The notes beneath the pieces were generated by a model. The model had not been told where the DNA came from, ran no database searches, and saw only the letters and a program-made list of their open reading frames with translations. A stretch of DNA of 37,125 bases, taken from IMG/VR virus record IMGVR_UViG_3300005512_000117, positions 1 through 37,125 of that record. One strand, written 5' to 3'. Both the position numbers and the translations under genes were made by a program. This document shows, one piece after another, positions 33,245 to 37,125 of this stretch; the first letter of the stretch is position 1; every line of letters begins with the position of its first letter. The DNA is from a virus. Lineage: Duplodnaviria > Caudoviricetes.

Positions 33245-35686
33245 TTACTTGTCTGCGATTGACTCGGCTATTTTTACACCGAGCTTCACGCCTTCCATTT
33301 GCTCCTCTTTCGAGAGCTTATCTGCATCTGTTGCAATTTTAGCACCCAGACGAGCACCTTCTTGGCGCTCTTGAGATTCCATTCGCATCAACTCAACCCC
33401 ACGAGTCGCTTGACGACCCGCAATATCCGCCTGAAGTTTCGCAACATCCATGTCGATCTTATGTTTGAGTTCAGCTTCCTTGATTGCAAGCTCGCGCTGT
33501 TGAATCTGCGTGAGCGGATCTTGTGCTTGTTCTTGCGCCTTACGCGCCGCATACTCCTGTTGGTCACGTTGCAGTACCCTATCAGCGGCCTTAGATATCA
33601 ATGGCGATAGATCGCGCTCGACATCTTCAGGCAAGAGCTCTTCCTCTCTCGGCAACGGAACGCCCATCTGCTTCTCGACTTCATCCCTGTACTGGAATGC
33701 GACGTGCTCTGTGATGTGCTCAACCATTGCACCTTGAATCGCTCCGGCAAATGGAGACTGTCCGACCATCTCCCGAATCTTCGGATCCTTCAGCATCGCC
33801 ATGTGTGCGGCAATATGTGACTCATGATCTTGGTAGTCAAAAGCTTTGACCGGCTCTTGCTTCAACATCATCATGTTTTCAGTCACAGGATTGTTCGGCT
33901 TGATGTCGTCAGGCAACTTCACAATCTCATCCGCATTCGGGATAGACAAGGTCTCCAGCATCTGACGATGGAGTTGACCTAAGTTGTAAAGCTGAGGGGC
34001 CTGCTGTGCAAGTTGCAGTGCCGCCTGATAGGCAATAATTCGTTGTGACGTTGTTGCTGAGTTCGGGTCGGATACGGGGATAACATCGATACGCTTATCG
34101 AAATCATCAAGGCGAGAAAACTCACCTTCAACATCATACTCATAGGTTGCTGGCATGTAGTCATGAATAATATCCGAGAGTATCTTCAGCTCTTTCTTAA
34201 ACGAACTATGGATGCGGGCCTGTACTCCCGACATCACCTTCAACGATCTTTCGAGCAAAGCAAGCGTTGTGCCCACTGGTGCGTTCTGGTTCGCTGAAGA
34301 AATATCCACATCAGCTACGGAGCCAATCCTTCGGCCCTCTTCGACAATATTGCCGAGTAACTGATACAGGACGCTGGAAGGTTCTTTGTAAGGGAGCGGG
34401 AAAATGTTATCCCTGATCGCGCCCCCGGGGACGTCAACATCCCTGAACTCTCCCGGCATCAAAGGCGAATCATCTCCTTTGATTCGCAGTCCTCTGGCCT
34501 TGAGGCCGGCAGGTAAATTGGCTAGCGTCCCTGCGTCGACCAACTGCCTGAGGATTGATGTGGCTGACTTCGCTAAGCCGCCAATAAGATTAATAAGCCC
34601 AGTCCCGTAGAAACCAAGGCCGGGTAAATAACGATAGTGTACAAAATGATGCCGTTTGCGCTTCTTGGGATCATCTTCAAACCAGTTCCTCCGGATGGAA
34701 AGAATCGTACCTGATGACTTATCTAACGTAATAACATAAGGGCGAGCAATCCCATCAGGATCTCCAAATGGTTCGGGCAGGTCATAATCAACGTGCATCT
34801 CAAGGATTGTGTGTCTATCATCGTCATCAACCCCGTAAGGTGTTTCTCCGCCAAGATCATCGTACTTCTCCTCGATGTCGGAGTATTCCGGAGCTGGGTC
34901 CGGTAAGTCGACATCTCGATAGAACCCATTGACCATCATCTTGAGTAGTTCATTGGGGCTCTTCTTCATGACGTGCGTGTAGCGATCTGCGGTATTTAGA
35001 TCGGACGCACCATAGGACACGACAAAATCTTCAGCAGGAACAAACATCGCCACTGGGCGCTCAAGTGTTGGGTCGTAGTAAACCTTCTTGAATGCAGATC
35101 CTGCTAGTGGGAGCTTGAACAGCATCTGCTCAAACTCGTCGCGGTACTCAGACATATTCTCCGTGAGCTGATAATTCATTTCATGCTCAACTCGAGAAGC
35201 TTGCTTTATCTTCGCCTCGTCCATGGTTCCGAGAACTTTTGTTCGGACAGGGCCGCCGGCTGGAAATATCTCGGTGATCGCCTGCGCTTGGAAGCGAACG
35301 ACAGATTCTGTGAGGACCGGGTGGAAAACTCCACATGCTCCGGGCCATGGCTGATCACGCTCTTCCATCTTGAAGCCCATGAGGTCTAGGCCCTTGATGT
35401 ATGACCGCGCCCAATCTTTTCTGCTTTCACGATCCGACTTGAAATACTCAACAAGATCCATGCCCATCTCGTCAAGATCGGCGTCGTCAATAAATTCGGC
35501 AAGGTTTGAGTCGTGATCTGGACCCATCAGGTCTTCTTGCATTTCAGGATCGAGGATGATCGATAAGCTTCCGTCTTCCTCTTCGATAGTCATTGCGTCG
35601 GGATTGATCACCTCGAGTTCAATTTCTTGATCAGGAATCTCAACCTGAACCTCTGTTAAAGGCTCCATCGTCTTTTCAATGGCCAT
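33245..35686 (-). CDS. Portal protein (P22-like, with C-terminal barrel coiled coil)
   Basis: 813 aa; D..SR..W...Y..GL..G......PW.GA..V.HP.L.E...FQA, LF.LPLAGS.FKKVY, FV.Y..LPG.GFYG.GL, RQL.DAGTL.NLP.G, PGEF.DVD; follows the terminase. Confidence 0.9.
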   Translation of the reverse strand: MAIEKTMEPLTEVQVEIPDQEIELEVINPDAMTIEEEDGSLSIILDPEMQEDLMGPDHDSNLAEFIDDADLDEMGMDLVEYFKSDRESRKDWARSYIKGLDLMGFKMEERDQPWPGACGVFHPVLTESVVRFQAQAITEIFPAGGPVRTKVLGTMDEAKIKQASRVEHEMNYQLTENMSEYRDEFEQMLFKLPLAGSAFKKVYYDPTLERPVAMFVPAEDFVVSYGASDLNTADRYTHVMKKSPNELLKMMVNGFYRDVDLPDPAPEYSDIEEKYDDLGGETPYGVDDDDRHTILEMHVDYDLPEPFGDPDGIARPYVITLDKSSGTILSIRRNWFEDDPKKRKRHHFVHYRYLPGLGFYGTGLINLIGGLAKSATSILRQLVDAGTLANLPAGLKARGLRIKGDDSPLMPGEFRDVDVPGGAIRDNIFPLPYKEPSSVLYQLLGNIVEEGRRIGSVADVDISSANQNAPVGTTLALLERSLKVMSGVQARIHSSFKKELKILSDIIHDYMPATYEYDVEGEFSRLDDFDKRIDVIPVSDPNSATTSQRIIAYQAALQLAQQAPQLYNLGQLHRQMLETLSIPNADEIVKLPDDIKPNNPVTENMMMLKQEPVKAFDYQDHESHIAAHMAMLKDPKIREMVGQSPFAGAIQGAMVEHITEHVAFQYRDEVEKQMGVPLPREEELLPEDVERDLSPLISKAADRVLQRDQQEYAARKAQEQAQDPLTQIQQRELAIKEAELKHKIDMDVAKLQADIAGRQATRGVELMRMESQERQEGARLGAKIATDADKLSKEEQMEGVKLGVKIAESIADK

Positions 35687-37125
35687 CAGTAATACTCAAC
35701 CTTCCGTGTATATTTAGGTTCATCGTCCCAGTCATCCATAGAAGACCGGATCCATCCGCCTTGGCGGAAGCGTAGTAACGCTTGTGTCATGGAGTCCACC
35801 AAGTCATCGTGGTCTCCGGACGGGAATGCGGCGCACTCCTCAATCAATTCATCTGCCCATCTGGTGGGCGGCGTCCAAACAACGCCAGATGCAAACAAGT
35901 CGCTCACAGCATTCACCCGAGCGATCTTATCTTGCCCTCGAGACGGGGTGAATTCCGTCACAGGTATTCCCATCGCTCTTAGTTCAAAGATCAATGGAGC
36001 CCCGGAGGCTTTTTTCTCCACGATCATTTGATCAGGCTCCCACTCCCAGTAATGCTCGTAGGCGGCACGCTTGAGATCGGGGAACTCCAACTTTTCCTTA
36101 AAGCTATCTAATAATATCAGATTCGGGACATCCTTGCCCTCGTCATTCGGGTGGTAGAATACGCCCCACGTCGTACAAGCACTGTAGTCAGAGCGCTGTG
36201 TTTTCAAGAATGCGGTGTCCCACGACTGGATAATCGCTTCACATTGCGGCGGAGACTCCCTATCCCACTCGCGCCACCACTCCCGCTTGATTAACGCGCC
36301 TTCTTCGGACGTTGGATCCTGCTGATACTGGGCTTGCCACTTCGAAACGGGGAGTTCAGCCTTCAGAGCCTCAAGTTGCGGCAGTGGCCAGAACTCAGGC
36401 CATAGTGGTTGACCAGAAGGCATGATGGCAGGGAACTCAATCACCTCCCATTCGTCAGATCCTTCGCGTTCTGCGGACTTTTTGATGATTTGTCCGGTCA
36501 GATCCCGTACAGACCAGCGGGTCATCACGATAATGATGGCGCCACCCGGCTGTAAACGCTGTCTCGGGCCAGATGTGTACCACTCATAGACCTTATCGTA
36601 GACTTCGGGGTTGTATGCCCCTAGAGCGGCGTCTTGTTCGGAGTGTGGATCGTCGATAATCAGGACATCGGCGCCTTTACCAGTCACCGCACCGCCTACA
36701 CCAATCGCAAAATAGTCACCACCCTTGGATGTACCCCAGCGACCGGCGGCCTTTGAGTCAGATGACAGCTCTGTTTCCTTGAAAATGTCGGTATAGTCTT
36801 TTGAATTTGCAAGGTTGCGGACTTTACGACCAAAATTCACCGCAAGTTCTGCGGTGTGTGCTGTTTGAATAATCTTTTTCTCTGGGTACTGACCGAGATA
36901 CCATGCCGGAAACAGGTAAGACGCGAACTCTGACTTGGTGTGACGGGGTGGCATGTTGACAATCAGTCGTTTGAGCTCACCTCTGGCCACCCGTTCAAAT
37001 GCATCGGCCATAATCTTGTGGTGCCTGCCTGCGATAAACGCGGGCCAGACATGTTTAACAAATTCTAAAAAATCGACACGTGCTCTTTCTTGTGTACGCA
37101 CAATCGACAATTGATTTGCTAAGTC
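35686..37125 (-). CDS. terL: Terminase large subunit (5' end truncated by the window)
   Basis: Walker A-like MPPRHTKS, Walker B LIIDDP, coupling motif MTRW, YQQ.P, nuclease SWDTA, .EKKASG, HDD.VDS.TQAL; the frame stays open to 37125. Confidence 0.95.
   Translation of the reverse strand, partial: DLANQLSIVRTQERARVDFLEFVKHVWPAFIAGRHHKIMADAFERVARGELKRLIVNMPPRHTKSEFASYLFPAWYLGQYPEKKIIQTAHTAELAVNFGRKVRNLANSKDYTDIFKETELSSDSKAAGRWGTSKGGDYFAIGVGGAVTGKGADVLIIDDPHSEQDAALGAYNPEVYDKVYEWYTSGPRQRLQPGGAIIIVMTRWSVRDLTGQIIKKSAEREGSDEWEVIEFPAIMPSGQPLWPEFWPLPQLEALKAELPVSKWQAQYQQDPTSEEGALIKREWWREWDRESPPQCEAIIQSWDTAFLKTQRSDYSACTTWGVFYHPNDEGKDVPNLILLDSFKEKLEFPDLKRAAYEHYWEWEPDQMIVEKKASGAPLIFELRAMGIPVTEFTPSRGQDKIARVNAVSDLFASGVVWTPPTRWADELIEECAAFPSGDHDDLVDSMTQALLRFRQGGWIRSSMDDWDDEPKYTRKVEYY

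Noticed and set aside
1-37125. tRNA/rRNA genes, integrase, IS elements, introns or inteins in terminase/portal
   Set aside because: None recognisable; intergenic gaps are very short, and terminase, portal and MCP appear uninterrupted

Overview
The window is the virion-morphogenesis (late) half of a tailed dsDNA bacteriophage with a P22/podovirus-like head-to-tail module. It resembles uncultured aquatic phages with a Mu gpT-like major capsid protein. All credible genes are on the minus strand, tightly packed and often translationally coupled (ATGA/TAATG/TGATG overlaps). In transcription order, from 37125 down: terminase large subunit (cut by the window edge), portal, GroES-like co-chaperonin, scaffold, capsid-associated proteins, major capsid protein and terminator; small basic proteins and a large acidic protein; two adaptor-like proteins; tail and fibre proteins; a cassette of three RCC1/BLIP-II beta-propeller proteins interleaved with two glycosyltransferases (TPR-GT9-like and GT25-like); a gp10-like nozzle; a lysis region (membrane proteins, holin, metallophosphoesterase, amidase endolysin); internal virion/ejection proteins; and a giant polyvalent protein (over 1021 aa, missing from the ORF track because it has no stop inside the window) with zincin HExxH and ParB-like motifs. 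The main unexplained signals are a dispersed palindrome GTGCA-NN-TGCAC (7 exact copies plus 1 variant), the RCC1-glycosyltransferase cassette with modular N-terminal docking-like peptides, a recurrent [MY]xxGG peptide in at least 6 putative internal proteins, and a structured RNA-like element downstream of the capsid gene. All calls come from motif recognition by eye; no database searches were run.
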